Source: an uncultured Parcubacteria group bacterium (lineage in GTDB: Bacteria > Patescibacteriota > Patescibacteriia > UBA9934 > CAMTUG01). Taken from it: DNA of 64,000 nt. The notes under the pieces are model-generated. The model had not been told where the DNA came from. It made no database searches and saw only the letters and a list, made by a program, of their open reading frames with translations. The stretch covers positions 15,434 through 79,433 of the forward strand of contig CAMTUG010000002.1 of assembly GCA_947084965.1 (NCBI GenBank), in the 5' to 3' direction. Positions within the stretch are counted from its first letter, which is position 1. The number at the start of each line of letters is the position of its first letter. Below, in pieces: positions 28,900 to 38,531 of this stretch. The translations under genes were made by a program, and so were the position numbers.

Positions 28900-30426
28900 T
28901 TACCGTGCGTATTCAACAACCCGCGTTTCGCGGATGATCGTCACTTTGATCTCGCCTGGGTACTGCAATTCGGATTCAATCTTTTGGGCGATGTTTTTGG
29001 CAAGCTGGAAGGCGGCGTAGTCGTCGACCGCAGTTGGTTCGACGAAGACGCGGATTTCACGGCCGGCCTGAATGGCGTACGCCTTGTCGACGCCCGGGAA
29101 GCTGGTGGCGGTTTTTTCCAATTCTTCCAAACGTTGGATGTACTGTTCGATCGTGTTCTTGCGTGCCCCTGGTCGCGCACCAGAAATAGCGTCGGCCGCT
29201 TTGACGATCACCCCTTCAAGGGTGCGCGGCTTGTCTTCGTGGTGAGCGATCGACTGGTAGCACATGTCTTCTGGGAAGCCGAACTTTTTCAAGATGTTGT
29301 AGCCGATCTCTGGGTGCGCGCCGGCCATGTCGTGATCGACCGCTTTACCGATGTCGTGGAAGAGCCCCCCTTTCTTACAGGCAAAGACGTCGGCCCCGAG
29401 TTCGCCCGCGATCATCCCCGCCATCGTCGCCACCTCGATCGAGTGCTGCAACGCGTTCTGACCGTAGGACGTACGGAACTTCATGCGACCGAGGATCGAT
29501 GTCAGTTTTGGATCAATCGATGAAACAGGAATGCCGAGCGTTGAAAGGGCTTCCTCACCGGCCTTCTTAATTTCGACCGCCAAGTTACTTTTCGCCTCGT
29601 TAACAGACTCCTCGATGCGAGCCGGGTGGATGCGACCGTCGGCGATCAATGTTTCGAGGGCGCGGCGGCAGACCTGGCGACGGATGGGGGAGAATCCACT
29701 GATGGTGATTGCCCCTGGGGTGTCGTCGACAATGATCTCTGTACCGGTCAGGTGTTCGAGCGCCTTGATGTTGCGCCCTTCTTTTCCGATGATGCGTCCT
29801 TTCATTTCGTCGGACGGCAATTCGACGATCGTCGTTGTGGCATCAACCACGACGCTTGATGCAAATTTCATCACCGCCATCGACAAAATGTTGCGTGCTT
29901 TGGCTTCAAACTCCTCTTCATCGCGCGCCTGGACTTTGCGGATGCGATTTTCAATCGCTTCCCGCGACGTCTCTTCGACCATGCTCATGATCCGTTCTTC
30001 AGCCTGGGCTTTGGAAAGGCCGGCGATCGTTTCGAGCTTGGTCATCTCTTCAGCTTTGATCGCTTCGACCTGGGCTTTCAGGTTATCGACCTGTTTTGAC
30101 TTCTCATCGAGCTTAGTTTTTTTGTCTTCGAGCTCCAAGATTTTGGCATCGAACGTTTCCTCACGCTTTTCCAAACGCTTCTGTGCTTCGTTCAATTCGC
30201 GGCGCCGTTCGGTCTCCTCGCGTTTGGAATCCTCGGCCATCTTCAAGGCCTTGTCTTTTGCCTCCATCAGGGACTCTTGGGCTTTCTGTTTTGCTTCGTT
30301 TAGGATCTTTTCAGCCTTCTCTTCGGCGCCGGCCATCTTTTTCTTCGCCAGGGTATCGCGAATGAAAATTCCAGCTCCAGCACCAACGACAAGACCCCCA
30401 AGCGCAAGCACTACATCGATAAACAT
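28900..30426 (-). CDS. rny: Ribonuclease Y
   Basis: TM, coiled coil, KGRIIGKEGRNI (KH), RTSYGQN, HDIGKA (HD). Confidence 0.97.
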   Translation of the reverse strand: MFIDVVLALGGLVVGAGAGIFIRDTLAKKKMAGAEEKAEKILNEAKQKAQESLMEAKDKALKMAEDSKREETERRRELNEAQKRLEKREETFDAKILELEDKKTKLDEKSKQVDNLKAQVEAIKAEEMTKLETIAGLSKAQAEERIMSMVEETSREAIENRIRKVQARDEEEFEAKARNILSMAVMKFASSVVVDATTTIVELPSDEMKGRIIGKEGRNIKALEHLTGTEIIVDDTPGAITISGFSPIRRQVCRRALETLIADGRIHPARIEESVNEAKSNLAVEIKKAGEEALSTLGIPVSSIDPKLTSILGRMKFRTSYGQNALQHSIEVATMAGMIAGELGADVFACKKGGLFHDIGKAVDHDMAGAHPEIGYNILKKFGFPEDMCYQSIAHHEDKPRTLEGVIVKAADAISGARPGARKNTIEQYIQRLEELEKTATSFPGVDKAYAIQAGREIRVFVEPTAVDDYAAFQLAKNIAQKIESELQYPGEIKVTIIRETRVVEYAR

Positions 30427-30561
30427 AGTGGTTTCACTCGAGGGCCCAAGCAATGCAAAACGGCACGATCAGATTATGATCGCGTTCTCAAAAGGGATAT
30501 GACTTTGGAGAAAAATCCGATATTCACAAGGATTTGCAGCGTTTTGCAGAGATGAACCACT
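30427..30561 (-). promoter_or_regulatory. Structured 5' leader of rny (candidate)
   Basis: AGTGGTTTCA/TGAACCACT and TGCAAAACG/CGTTTTGCA enclosing three small hairpins. Confidence 0.5.
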
Positions 30562-30595
30562 CGATAATTACTTTTAACTCTGCGCACCGATCTTA

Positions 30596-31294
30596 TCAGG
30601 AATGAGGCGTTTCGGCAAGGGCCACGGAAATACCGATTTTTTGCAGATCTTCGAGTGTTTTTGCCTCTGTGACGTTGAAAGGACCGATCACCGTCCGTCG
30701 TAATTTCGTAACGTATCCACCGACCCCGAGCTTGGCCCCAAGGTCGCGGGCGAGCGCACGGATGTACGTGCCGCTCCCACAGACGATCCTGACCGAGATG
30801 GTGCAGGGGGTGTCAGCTGTCGCTTCGTGCATCGAGCGCAATTCAAAGAGATCAATCCGCACCGTGCGAGCCGGGGCGTCGAGGGGCTTCCCTTTGCGCG
30901 CTGCATTGTACATTTTTTGTCCACCGATTTTGATCGCCGAGTAGTCCGGAGGGATCTGTTCGATCTCGCCAACGAACGTTTGCATCGCGGTGGTCAGAGC
31001 ATCGAGATCAACCGTTCCGCCCTGCACGCGAATCTCTCCTTCTGGGTCGTCCGTTGTCGACGTTGCTCCTAAGACAAACTCTGCTTCGTATTCTTTGTCC
31101 ATGCCGACGAACTGTGCGATCGACTTTGTTGCTGGTCCAACGGCGACGAGCAATAACCCGGTCGCGAACGGATCGAGCGTTCCGGCATGGCCAACTTTTC
31201 GGGTGTGGGCGATCCGACGTACCGCATCGACGACATCATGTGACGTCATCCCTGCCGGTTTATCGATCAATAACATCCCTTGTGGTATTATCAT
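30596..31294 (-). CDS. truB: tRNA pseudouridine(55) synthase TruB
   Basis: DKPAGMTSHD, GHAGTLDPFATG, PPDYSAIK, GTYIRALARD. Confidence 0.96.
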   Translation of the reverse strand: MIIPQGMLLIDKPAGMTSHDVVDAVRRIAHTRKVGHAGTLDPFATGLLLVAVGPATKSIAQFVGMDKEYEAEFVLGATSTTDDPEGEIRVQGGTVDLDALTTAMQTFVGEIEQIPPDYSAIKIGGQKMYNAARKGKPLDAPARTVRIDLFELRSMHEATADTPCTISVRIVCGSGTYIRALARDLGAKLGVGGYVTKLRRTVIGPFNVTEAKTLEDLQKIGISVALAETPHS

Positions 31295-31300
31295 AGCGTT

Positions 31301-32566
31301 ATGAGGAGGAATACTGCCCGCTGGTTTTTTGGAATCAGAGTACAACTGATTATTGCTTTCGTCATCTTTGCTGCCTGCACAGTTGTGTTGGTGGGCACTC
31401 TTTTTTACAGCGCCCTGGTACGGCAATCGATCGCTCTTTCACGATCCGGGGAGATCACGCAGACACAGCTCGTGATCCTCGAAGAGCAATTGACGGAGGG
31501 ATTTTCAGAGATCGTTGCCGAATACTGGGTCTCGCTCCTTTTTGTTCTGGTGATTGCTGGAATGGTCGGTGCCGTGGTCGGTCACTTTTTTTCTCGCCCG
31601 ATTGAGGAGTTATTAACGGCGATGCGTTCCGTACAGATTGGCCCGAATGGCAAGGAGGGCTCTAGGCGGCTCACCGCCCCGATCACCTGCCATGCTCTGC
31701 ATGAATTCGACGCATTAGCCACGGCGTTCAACGAGCTGCATGTGCGCATCGGCAAACAGAATCAGATGCTCATGAGTACTCTTGCTGAACGTACGGTCGC
31801 GCTTCAGCATAGCAATGAGATCCTCCGTGACTTTGTCTATTACACAGCGCACCGTTTGCGCACCCCGTTGAACATCATCCGCTGGTCAACGGATATGTTA
31901 AATGCTGAAGAGCGTGGAAAACTTAATAAACAGCAGAGAGAAATTCTTTCGGATCTTGAGCGTGCCACGCTCTCGGTCCTTGAATTAACCGACGATCTGC
32001 AGGATCTGTTGATGATGGAGCGTAAAACCAAGATGTTGCTGCACACGGAACGCCTTTCACTTCCAGATCTGATTGACGAGGCGTCCGGCGAAGCGGCTGT
32101 CTTGGCTGGGGAACACCAGGTACAGATCGAATGGAAGCGACCAAAGCAAGGGGAGAAGTTCCAGATTTTTGCCGACCGGCCGCGGCTCGTTCAGGCGCTA
32201 AAGCACATCATTGAAAACGCTGTACGTTATAACGTGAAAAATGGCACGGTGATGATCCGCATCGAGCGTGCCAAGCAGGTCGCCCCGTCCGATGTACGTG
32301 CAAGCCAGGGAATCCCAGATCAGCGCGGGTCGTACTTTTACGTTTCTATTGCCGACACAGGGGTCGGTATTCCGATGGAAGAGCAGTCCCATGTCTTTCA
32401 GCGCTTCTTTCGTGGAAAGCGAGCGCGGACACAGTGGACCGACGGAGGGGGGATCGGATTGTCTGTCGCTCGACCTACTGCTCTTCTTCATGGTGGCGCC
32501 CTGTGGTTCCAATCCAACAAACGATCGGCCGGGACGACTTTCGTTCTTAGCATCCCTGCCGTGTAG
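31301..32566 (+). CDS. HAMP-domain sensor histidine kinase
   Basis: Two TMs, HAMP, AHRLRTPL, ENAVRY, DTGVGI, FQRFFR, GGGIGL. Confidence 0.9.
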   Translation: MRRNTARWFFGIRVQLIIAFVIFAACTVVLVGTLFYSALVRQSIALSRSGEITQTQLVILEEQLTEGFSEIVAEYWVSLLFVLVIAGMVGAVVGHFFSRPIEELLTAMRSVQIGPNGKEGSRRLTAPITCHALHEFDALATAFNELHVRIGKQNQMLMSTLAERTVALQHSNEILRDFVYYTAHRLRTPLNIIRWSTDMLNAEERGKLNKQQREILSDLERATLSVLELTDDLQDLLMMERKTKMLLHTERLSLPDLIDEASGEAAVLAGEHQVQIEWKRPKQGEKFQIFADRPRLVQALKHIIENAVRYNVKNGTVMIRIERAKQVAPSDVRASQGIPDQRGSYFYVSIADTGVGIPMEEQSHVFQRFFRGKRARTQWTDGGGIGLSVARPTALLHGGALWFQSNKRSAGTTFVLSIPAV

Positions 32567-32664
32567 CGATGCGGTATGACGGCGGTGTGATTCTGGCATT
32601 CCATGTCGCTCATTATTGCTTCGCATCAGTCGATCCGGTATACTTCGCTTACATAAACTTCGTT

Positions 32665-33141
32665 ATGCAAAGAAAGAATCAGACAGGGTTCACCCTTGTT
32701 GAGCTGCTCGTCGTGATCGGGATCATCGTGATTCTTTTTTCCGTTATTTTGGTGGCGATCGATCCGGCCCGTCGTCTGTCTCAGGCACGTGATGCTGTAC
32801 GTCGACAAGACGTCCGCGACATGTTGGAATCGATCCAGGAATATTTGGTTGACAATGATGGGGCGCAGCCAACATCGATTGACACAGACGCAGACTCTTA
32901 CGAACAGATCGGTACGGCCAACTCTGGTTGCGACTCTGGCTGCACGGCTCAAACAACCGAAAGCGCCTGTGCCGACCTAGAAAGCGATTTGGTCGATACC
33001 TATCTTTCAGAAATTCCTGTTGATCCGTCCACTGGTACAGCTGCGGAAACAGATTATTACGTCAATATCAACGCTTCCGGTCGGGTAGAGGTTGGGGCCT
33101 GTGATCCGGAAATTGCCGATACAATTTCGGTCAAGCGTTAG
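32665..33141 (+). CDS. Type IV pilin-like protein
   Basis: Prepilin motif G|FTLVELLVVIGII, C-terminal Cys residues, IPVDP. Confidence 0.92.
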   Translation: MQRKNQTGFTLVELLVVIGIIVILFSVILVAIDPARRLSQARDAVRRQDVRDMLESIQEYLVDNDGAQPTSIDTDADSYEQIGTANSGCDSGCTAQTTESACADLESDLVDTYLSEIPVDPSTGTAAETDYYVNINASGRVEVGACDPEIADTISVKR

Positions 33142-33145
33142 CAAC

Positions 33146-33336
33146 AAAGTTCCAGGCGGGGTCTGCGGATCCCGCTTTTGGTTTAGCTCCATGCCCTCCT
33201 CACCGCTACGCAGAATCCCGCCACGACATAGATTATTGGTCATTACTGTCGTGACGTGATCCTGACTCCGCGGTTCGGTGGGCGTTATCCCGGAGGGAAG
33301 CTGCAGTACGAGCAGATCGCAACGTTCTGAAGCCCT
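33146..33336 (-). ncRNA. About 190-nt long-hairpin ncRNA candidate (6S-like)
   Basis: Nested helices with G-U pairs only on the minus strand (CGCGGAGTC/GATTCTGCG, GTCACGACA/TGTCGTGGC, AGCTTC/GGAGCT). Confidence 0.5.
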
Positions 33337-33375
33337 GCCTTGATTGTTTCGCTTCGTTCGGCTATCATCTCCCAC

Positions 33376-35406
33376 ATGAACATTAGTGAAATTGCACGCC
33401 GATTAAAGATTTCGACCGAAGAGCTCCGCGCACAACTGCCGGCGCTTGGATTTTCGATCGGGGCTCGCGCTATTCAGGTCAATGATCGCGAAGGGCAAAA
33501 GATCGCTGAAGCCTGGCTCGAGATGAAAAAGCGGGAGCGTTTGACCGAAAAGCGCGACGTCCAGATGGCCAAGATCGACGCGGACGGCAAAGTAAAGGAA
33601 GTCGTTGTTGAATTGAAGCCCGTTGAACTCCCGGCGGTTATTTCGGTGCGTGATTTTGCGACGCGCCTCAACATGCCGATCGCCAAAGTGATGCAAGAAC
33701 TGTTGAAGAACGGGATTCTCGCCTCGCTCAACGAACGTATTGATTTTGATACGGCCGCGGTCGTTGCCTCAGATCTTGGTTTTGCAGCAACGATGGAAGC
33801 ATCGACGACGGAGGTGTTGGAAGAAGAGGCGGGGAGCAAACACTTGGCTGACGTTCTGGCGAGCGAAGAAACAGCTGATCGTGTTTCGCGTCCACCGGTC
33901 ATTGTGGTCATGGGTCACGTTGATCATGGTAAAACAAAAATTCTTGACTCCATCCGTTCCACGAGTGTGATGGAATCCGAAGCCGGTGGGATCACCCAGC
34001 ACATCGGTGCCTACCAAGTTGTCCGCAACGACAAGCTGATTACGTTCATTGACACCCCTGGTCACGAAGCATTCACGGTTATGCGTTCGCGTGGGGCCAA
34101 AGTCGCCGATATCGCCATTCTGGTGGTGGCCGCTGACGACGGGGTTAAACCGCAAACGAAAGAAGCAGCGGACATCATCAAAGCGTCTGGATTACCGTAC
34201 GTGGTGGCGATCAATAAGATCGACAAACCCGAAGCGAACGTGGAAAAGGTGAAAGGCGAATTGGCTGAATTAAATTTGATTCCAGAAGAATGGGGTGGCA
34301 AAACGATGATCGTTCCTGTTTCGGCCAAGACGGGCCAGGGGATCGACGCCTTGCTCGACCTGCTGCTTTTGGTGAATGAAATGGAAGCGGCGAAGATCTC
34401 GGCCAACCCGAAACGTCGTGCCATCGGAACGATTATTGAATCACATATTGATAAAGGGGCTGGACCGGTCGCTACCGTCCTGGTGCAGTCCGGCACACTT
34501 CGTGTCGGTGATTCCATGGGTGTTCATGGAGCTTTGTTTGGCAAAGTGCGCTCGATGAAAGATTGGCGCGGGGAGTTAGTCACGATCGCCCCGCCATCCA
34601 TGCCGGTCGAAGTCCTTGGATTTAAATCTGCCCCGTCCGTCGGGGACGTGATGGAAGTGCCGGAAGACGCCAAGGCGCTCGAGAAGATGAAAGAGCGAAC
34701 GGCCAAGAGTGGTGTCGCTGAACAGACGACTGTGGTGCGCGCCCAAACGGGCGAAGAGGCCAAAGAAAAGAAGATGCTGAACATCATCATTCGTGCCGAC
34801 GTGCTCGGCTCGCTCGAAGCGCTTCTCGGCATGCTCGAAAAGATCAAACATGATTTGGTCGGGGTTGAAGTTGTGTCCAAAGGTCTCGGCAACGTGACCG
34901 ATGCCGATATTTTGAAGGCGGACGCAACCCATTCTGTTGTTTACGCGTTCACGGTCAAAGCGACTCCGGGCGCCGAAGATTTGGCGCGTGAGAAAAACGT
35001 CGATCTTGTGTCATTCAACATTATTTATAAACTGTTCGAAGACGTCCTGACCCGATTGGGTACCATGTTGCCAGCTCAAGAAATTATTACGCCGATGGCG
35101 AGCGCGGAAGTGTTGGCGATTTTCAAAAAAACTGACCGCGGGGGGGTCATTGGTGGCAAGGTTCAGGGCGATAAATTGCGCGCCCCGTGCAAGATGCGTG
35201 TTCTTCGTGGGGAGCAGGTCATTGGAGAAGGGGAGATCATCAAAATTCAGGTCGGCAAGCAGCAGGTGAAGGAAGTTGCCGGCGGAGCGGAATGTGGGTT
35301 AGAATTTACCGGTAAAGTGAAGATCGAAGTCGGGGACATTATCGAAACGTATACCGAGGAACAGAAGGAACGGGTGCTTAAAATTGAAGGAATAGATCTT
35401 CGTTAA
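33376..35406 (+). CDS. infB: Translation initiation factor IF-2
   Basis: [31 protein letters not shown]; TTGATT-17-TATCAT 7 nt before ATG. Confidence 0.97.
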   Translation: MNISEIARRLKISTEELRAQLPALGFSIGARAIQVNDREGQKIAEAWLEMKKRERLTEKRDVQMAKIDADGKVKEVVVELKPVELPAVISVRDFATRLNMPIAKVMQELLKNGILASLNERIDFDTAAVVASDLGFAATMEASTTEVLEEEAGSKHLADVLASEETADRVSRPPVIVVMGHVDHGKTKILDSIRSTSVMESEAGGITQHIGAYQVVRNDKLITFIDTPGHEAFTVMRSRGAKVADIAILVVAADDGVKPQTKEAADIIKASGLPYVVAINKIDKPEANVEKVKGELAELNLIPEEWGGKTMIVPVSAKTGQGIDALLDLLLLVNEMEAAKISANPKRRAIGTIIESHIDKGAGPVATVLVQSGTLRVGDSMGVHGALFGKVRSMKDWRGELVTIAPPSMPVEVLGFKSAPSVGDVMEVPEDAKALEKMKERTAKSGVAEQTTVVRAQTGEEAKEKKMLNIIIRADVLGSLEALLGMLEKIKHDLVGVEVVSKGLGNVTDADILKADATHSVVYAFTVKATPGAEDLAREKNVDLVSFNIIYKLFEDVLTRLGTMLPAQEIITPMASAEVLAIFKKTDRGGVIGGKVQGDKLRAPCKMRVLRGEQVIGEGEIIKIQVGKQQVKEVAGGAECGLEFTGKVKIEVGDIIETYTEEQKERVLKIEGIDLR

Positions 35407-35486
35407 AGAAAGGAGTAAGCGGTAATTGGTGAGCAGAGACGCTCGGGTTCGTGTCTCCACTTACCTATTACTACTTACCAATTTCC
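35407..35486. repeat. Heptamer-arm inverted-repeat element with GAGACGC/GTGTCTC core
   Basis: AGTAAGC GGTAATT GGTGAGC ... ACTTACC TATTACT ACTTACC; related to 56061-56135. Confidence 0.7.
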
Positions 35487-35488
35487 CT

Positions 35489-35800
35489 ATGGACTTGAAT
35501 CAATCCAATTTCGACTCTACCGTTCTGCAATCATCGACCCCCGTCCTCATCGATTTTTGGGCTCCGTGGTGCGGACCGTGCAAAGTGATGTCCCCGATCG
35601 TCGAAGAACTGGCGACTGAAATGGCGGGCAAATTTACCGTTGCTAAAGTGAACGTGGACGAAAACGGTGACCTTGCTCAACGCTTTAACATTCTATCGAT
35701 CCCGACGTTCGTTGTTTTTAAGTCTGGTCAGGTTGTTGATCAGTTTTCTGGTTCGATGAGCAAAGAAGCGCTGGCGGCACGTCTCGTGAAGCACGTCTAG
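35489..35800 (+). CDS. trxA: Thioredoxin
   Basis: DFWAPWCGPCK, SIPT. Confidence 0.97.
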   Translation: MDLNQSNFDSTVLQSSTPVLIDFWAPWCGPCKVMSPIVEELATEMAGKFTVAKVNVDENGDLAQRFNILSIPTFVVFKSGQVVDQFSGSMSKEALAARLVKHV

Positions 35801-35914
35801 AAAATACGAAATACAAAATCCGAAATACGAAACAAATTCAAAATGGAAATAGGAAACTTTAAAATTTCCCATTTACTATTTCCGACTGTTTCGTATTTCG
35901 ATATTCGAATTTAG
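35801..35914. repeat. Heptamer-arm inverted-repeat element (AAATMCG type)
   Basis: CGAAATACGAAACA (35821-35834) / TGTTTCGTATTTCG (35887-35900) inside 7-bp periodic arms. Confidence 0.8.
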
Positions 35915-35920
35915 AACATT

Positions 35921-36844
35921 ATGACTGAAAAACTCATCATTATCGGCTCAGGCCCTGCGGGCTGGACCGCGGCACTGTATGCGTCGCGCGCGACGCTCGC
36001 CCCTCTTGTGTTTGAAGGGTTGGAACCGGGTGGGCAGTTGATGGGTACCACCGACGTGGAAAATTTTCCTGGATTTCCAGACGGCATTTTAGGGCCAGAC
36101 TTGATGGCGGTCATGAAAAAACAGGCCGAGCGATTTGGGACGCGGCCGATCAGTGCCAAAGTCGATCGTGTGGATTTTTCTTCGCGGCCATTCAAGATGT
36201 GGGTTGGCGAAACGGAATATCAAGCTGACTCCGTGATCATTGCGACCGGCGCTTCTGCCATGTGGATCGGGGTACCAGGCGAAGATCAGTACAAAGCTAA
36301 AGGGGTGAGTGCGTGCGCTACCTGTGACGGATTCTTCTTCCGTGGCAAGGAGGTGCTCGTCGTCGGCGGTGGAGATGCCGCGCTCGAAGAGGCGAATTTC
36401 TTAACGCGCTTTGCCACCAAGGTTACACTCTTGGTACGCAAAGATGTGTTCAAGGCTTCGAAGATCATGCAAGATCGTGCTTTGGCCAATCCGAAGATTA
36501 GCGTCATGTGGAATACTGAAGTGCAAGAAGTAGTAGGGGATGGCACAAAGATGACCGGGGTGAAGATCATCAATAACCAGACGCAGGCCACGAGCGAACT
36601 CTCCGCTGACGGACTCTTCGTGGCGATCGGTCACAAACCAAACACCCAGATTTTTGAAGGACAGATTGAACTGGATCAAAAAGGATACGTTGTGGTTCAG
36701 CACGGCTCAACGAAAACAAACGTCGAAGGGGTTTTTGCTGCCGGCGACGTCGCTGATCATGTCTATCGTCAGGCGATCAGCGCTGCTGGCACCGGCTGCA
36801 TGGCCGCCCTTGATGCGGAACGGTACCTGTCTGCCCAAGAATAG
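35921..36844 (+). CDS. trxB: Thioredoxin-disulfide reductase
   Basis: IIGSGPAG, CATCDG, GGGDAA, FAAGDV. Confidence 0.97.
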   Translation: MTEKLIIIGSGPAGWTAALYASRATLAPLVFEGLEPGGQLMGTTDVENFPGFPDGILGPDLMAVMKKQAERFGTRPISAKVDRVDFSSRPFKMWVGETEYQADSVIIATGASAMWIGVPGEDQYKAKGVSACATCDGFFFRGKEVLVVGGGDAALEEANFLTRFATKVTLLVRKDVFKASKIMQDRALANPKISVMWNTEVQEVVGDGTKMTGVKIINNQTQATSELSADGLFVAIGHKPNTQIFEGQIELDQKGYVVVQHGSTKTNVEGVFAAGDVADHVYRQAISAAGTGCMAALDAERYLSAQE

Positions 36845-36968
36845 CTCTGGAAAAGGGAGAATGGACGGTTAGATCCGTCTTTTTTCTATACATTCGTGGT
36901 TCGATGAAACAACTTGTGCGTTCGTAGCGTTGGGGTAGAATTAGATCATAATATTTTAACAGTAATGT

Positions 36969-37868
36969 ATGGGCGAAACAGGGCCACGATCAGAAGCATG
37001 GGTACCGGCGCGTAGTCCGGCTGAATCAAATGCTCGACTGAAGAGGCTGGGGCTCATGTTTGGGACGTTTATGGCCGGTGCGGCCGTGGAGCACGGACGT
37101 GCGGCGATGACAGAGCCGACGGTCGATGTAGCAGCAGAAGCAGAAAAGGCTGCTCTAGTTGCGGCAGAAAAAGTCGTTTCAGAAAAGGCGAGAGCCGAAA
37201 GCACTACGGCAGAATGGGGATTCGATCCAAAGGAGATCCAGGTCACAAGCGAAGATCTCTTGCGTCTTCCGACGATTACGAACTGGGACAAACTTAAGCC
37301 CCTCTTTGCTGAACAGGACAAGGAGTTCGATCGTGTCGCTCAGCTCAGCGAGGACCCGGAAGAATGGCGCTCCCCGGAGCTTGATCGGCTTAGCCAAGAA
37401 TCTAATGCAGCACTGGCAATGAATTGGGATGGATTTGAAACACTCACTCCTCAACAGCAGGGGGTGGCGTACGATAGTCTTTATAATTCTTACGCCGTTG
37501 ATACAGCTGTGGAGCGACAACGACTCGCTGATGCTGTGTCAAAGACGGAAGTCAAGGTCGAGCATAATCGCATTACGGCGATTTATCATCCTAAACCGGG
37601 TGAGGACGTCGTGATTCACGAATGGATACCGGACCAGTCCCCATTACAGAATGGGGTTGAGCCGATGGAGACGTCATTCTATGATAGACAGATGACGGAA
37701 CAATTCACTCCTGGGGTGATGTATCAACCGGGGGAAGCGTATGATCTCATGCAGATGAGTGCACTTGATTCTCCGGATAAGTCCGCCTGGATAGAACAAG
37801 TGATTGTCAACAAGATTCAAAAGGAATTGATGTATGCGGACTTGCCGTTAGCGGAAGAGGAAAAGTAA
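36969..37868 (+). CDS. Hypothetical protein with N-terminal hydrophobic segment
   Basis: 299-aa acidic ORF, hairpin after stop. Confidence 0.65.
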   Translation: MGETGPRSEAWVPARSPAESNARLKRLGLMFGTFMAGAAVEHGRAAMTEPTVDVAAEAEKAALVAAEKVVSEKARAESTTAEWGFDPKEIQVTSEDLLRLPTITNWDKLKPLFAEQDKEFDRVAQLSEDPEEWRSPELDRLSQESNAALAMNWDGFETLTPQQQGVAYDSLYNSYAVDTAVERQRLADAVSKTEVKVEHNRITAIYHPKPGEDVVIHEWIPDQSPLQNGVEPMETSFYDRQMTEQFTPGVMYQPGEAYDLMQMSALDSPDKSAWIEQVIVNKIQKELMYADLPLAEEEK

Positions 37869-37989
37869 AGCGAAGACAAAAACGATTCCTGACGAAGGGA
37901 TCGTTTTTGACTGCGGATAGTGTTTAAAAAAATCGACCGCCCGGAGCTCGTACAGCTCCGGGCGGGTGGGGGTCGCGATGAGAGAGGCG

Positions 37990-38415
37990 TCAATCCATGC
38001 GGACGACGTAGAAGGTGCTCGTGAGGCGCACCCCGCCGACGATGATCTTCGCGTCGCGATGGACGTGGGGTTCCCAGCCGTACAGGGCGACGTGCGGCGG
38101 GTTGCGCCAGCCGATGAACCACTGTGGTGTCATCTGTGGCAGCTGGGTGCGGTGGGCTTCCAGCGCCTCGGCCGCGACGGGCTGGTCGATCGAGCGGAGG
38201 AACTCTTGCATCTCGTCGATCCCGTCCTGTCCACCGATGCGGGCGATGATCGTCGTGTCCTTGCGTCCACGGTCGTCGGTCACGACTGAGAGCGTCACGT
38301 ATGGGCGCTCCAGTGAGTGGGTGAGCACTGGTTTGTTCCAGATGTCATTCTGACGCAGAGCCTCGAGAACTTCGCGTGGGGTGACGTCGAACAGGAACAG
38401 GTCATTCAGTTTCAT
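37990..38415 (-). CDS. Hypothetical protein, GC3-rich solo gene
   Basis: 141-aa ORF with TTGACA upstream, GAGG SD and GC-rich terminator at 37937-37965. Confidence 0.65.
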   Translation of the reverse strand: MKLNDLFLFDVTPREVLEALRQNDIWNKPVLTHSLERPYVTLSVVTDDRGRKDTTIIARIGGQDGIDEMQEFLRSIDQPVAAEALEAHRTQLPQMTPQWFIGWRNPPHVALYGWEPHVHRDAKIIVGGVRLTSTFYVVRMD

Positions 38416-38531
38416 AGTGTGCCTCGGGGAGCAGTTAAACTTAGCCGGGAAAGTGCGGCTCTGTCAATCCTTTGACGTCGGTTGCATGTGTTTGATTGTC
38501 AACATTACGGGCAGTGATACAATGAAATCCT

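Noticed and set aside
29483-30502. Long antisense ORFs over rny, also over fusA (57667-58695) and tuf (60795-61580)
   Set aside because: Mirror frames of conserved genes with no independent motifs
33280-33310. SRP RNA (TCCCGGAGGGAAGCTGC on plus strand)
   Set aside because: Lacks the CAGG and AGCAG of SRP helix 8, and G-U evidence favours the minus strand
35801-35914. CRISPR array interpretation of periodic repeats
   Set aside because: Period is 7 bp with no unique spacers; no cas genes in the window
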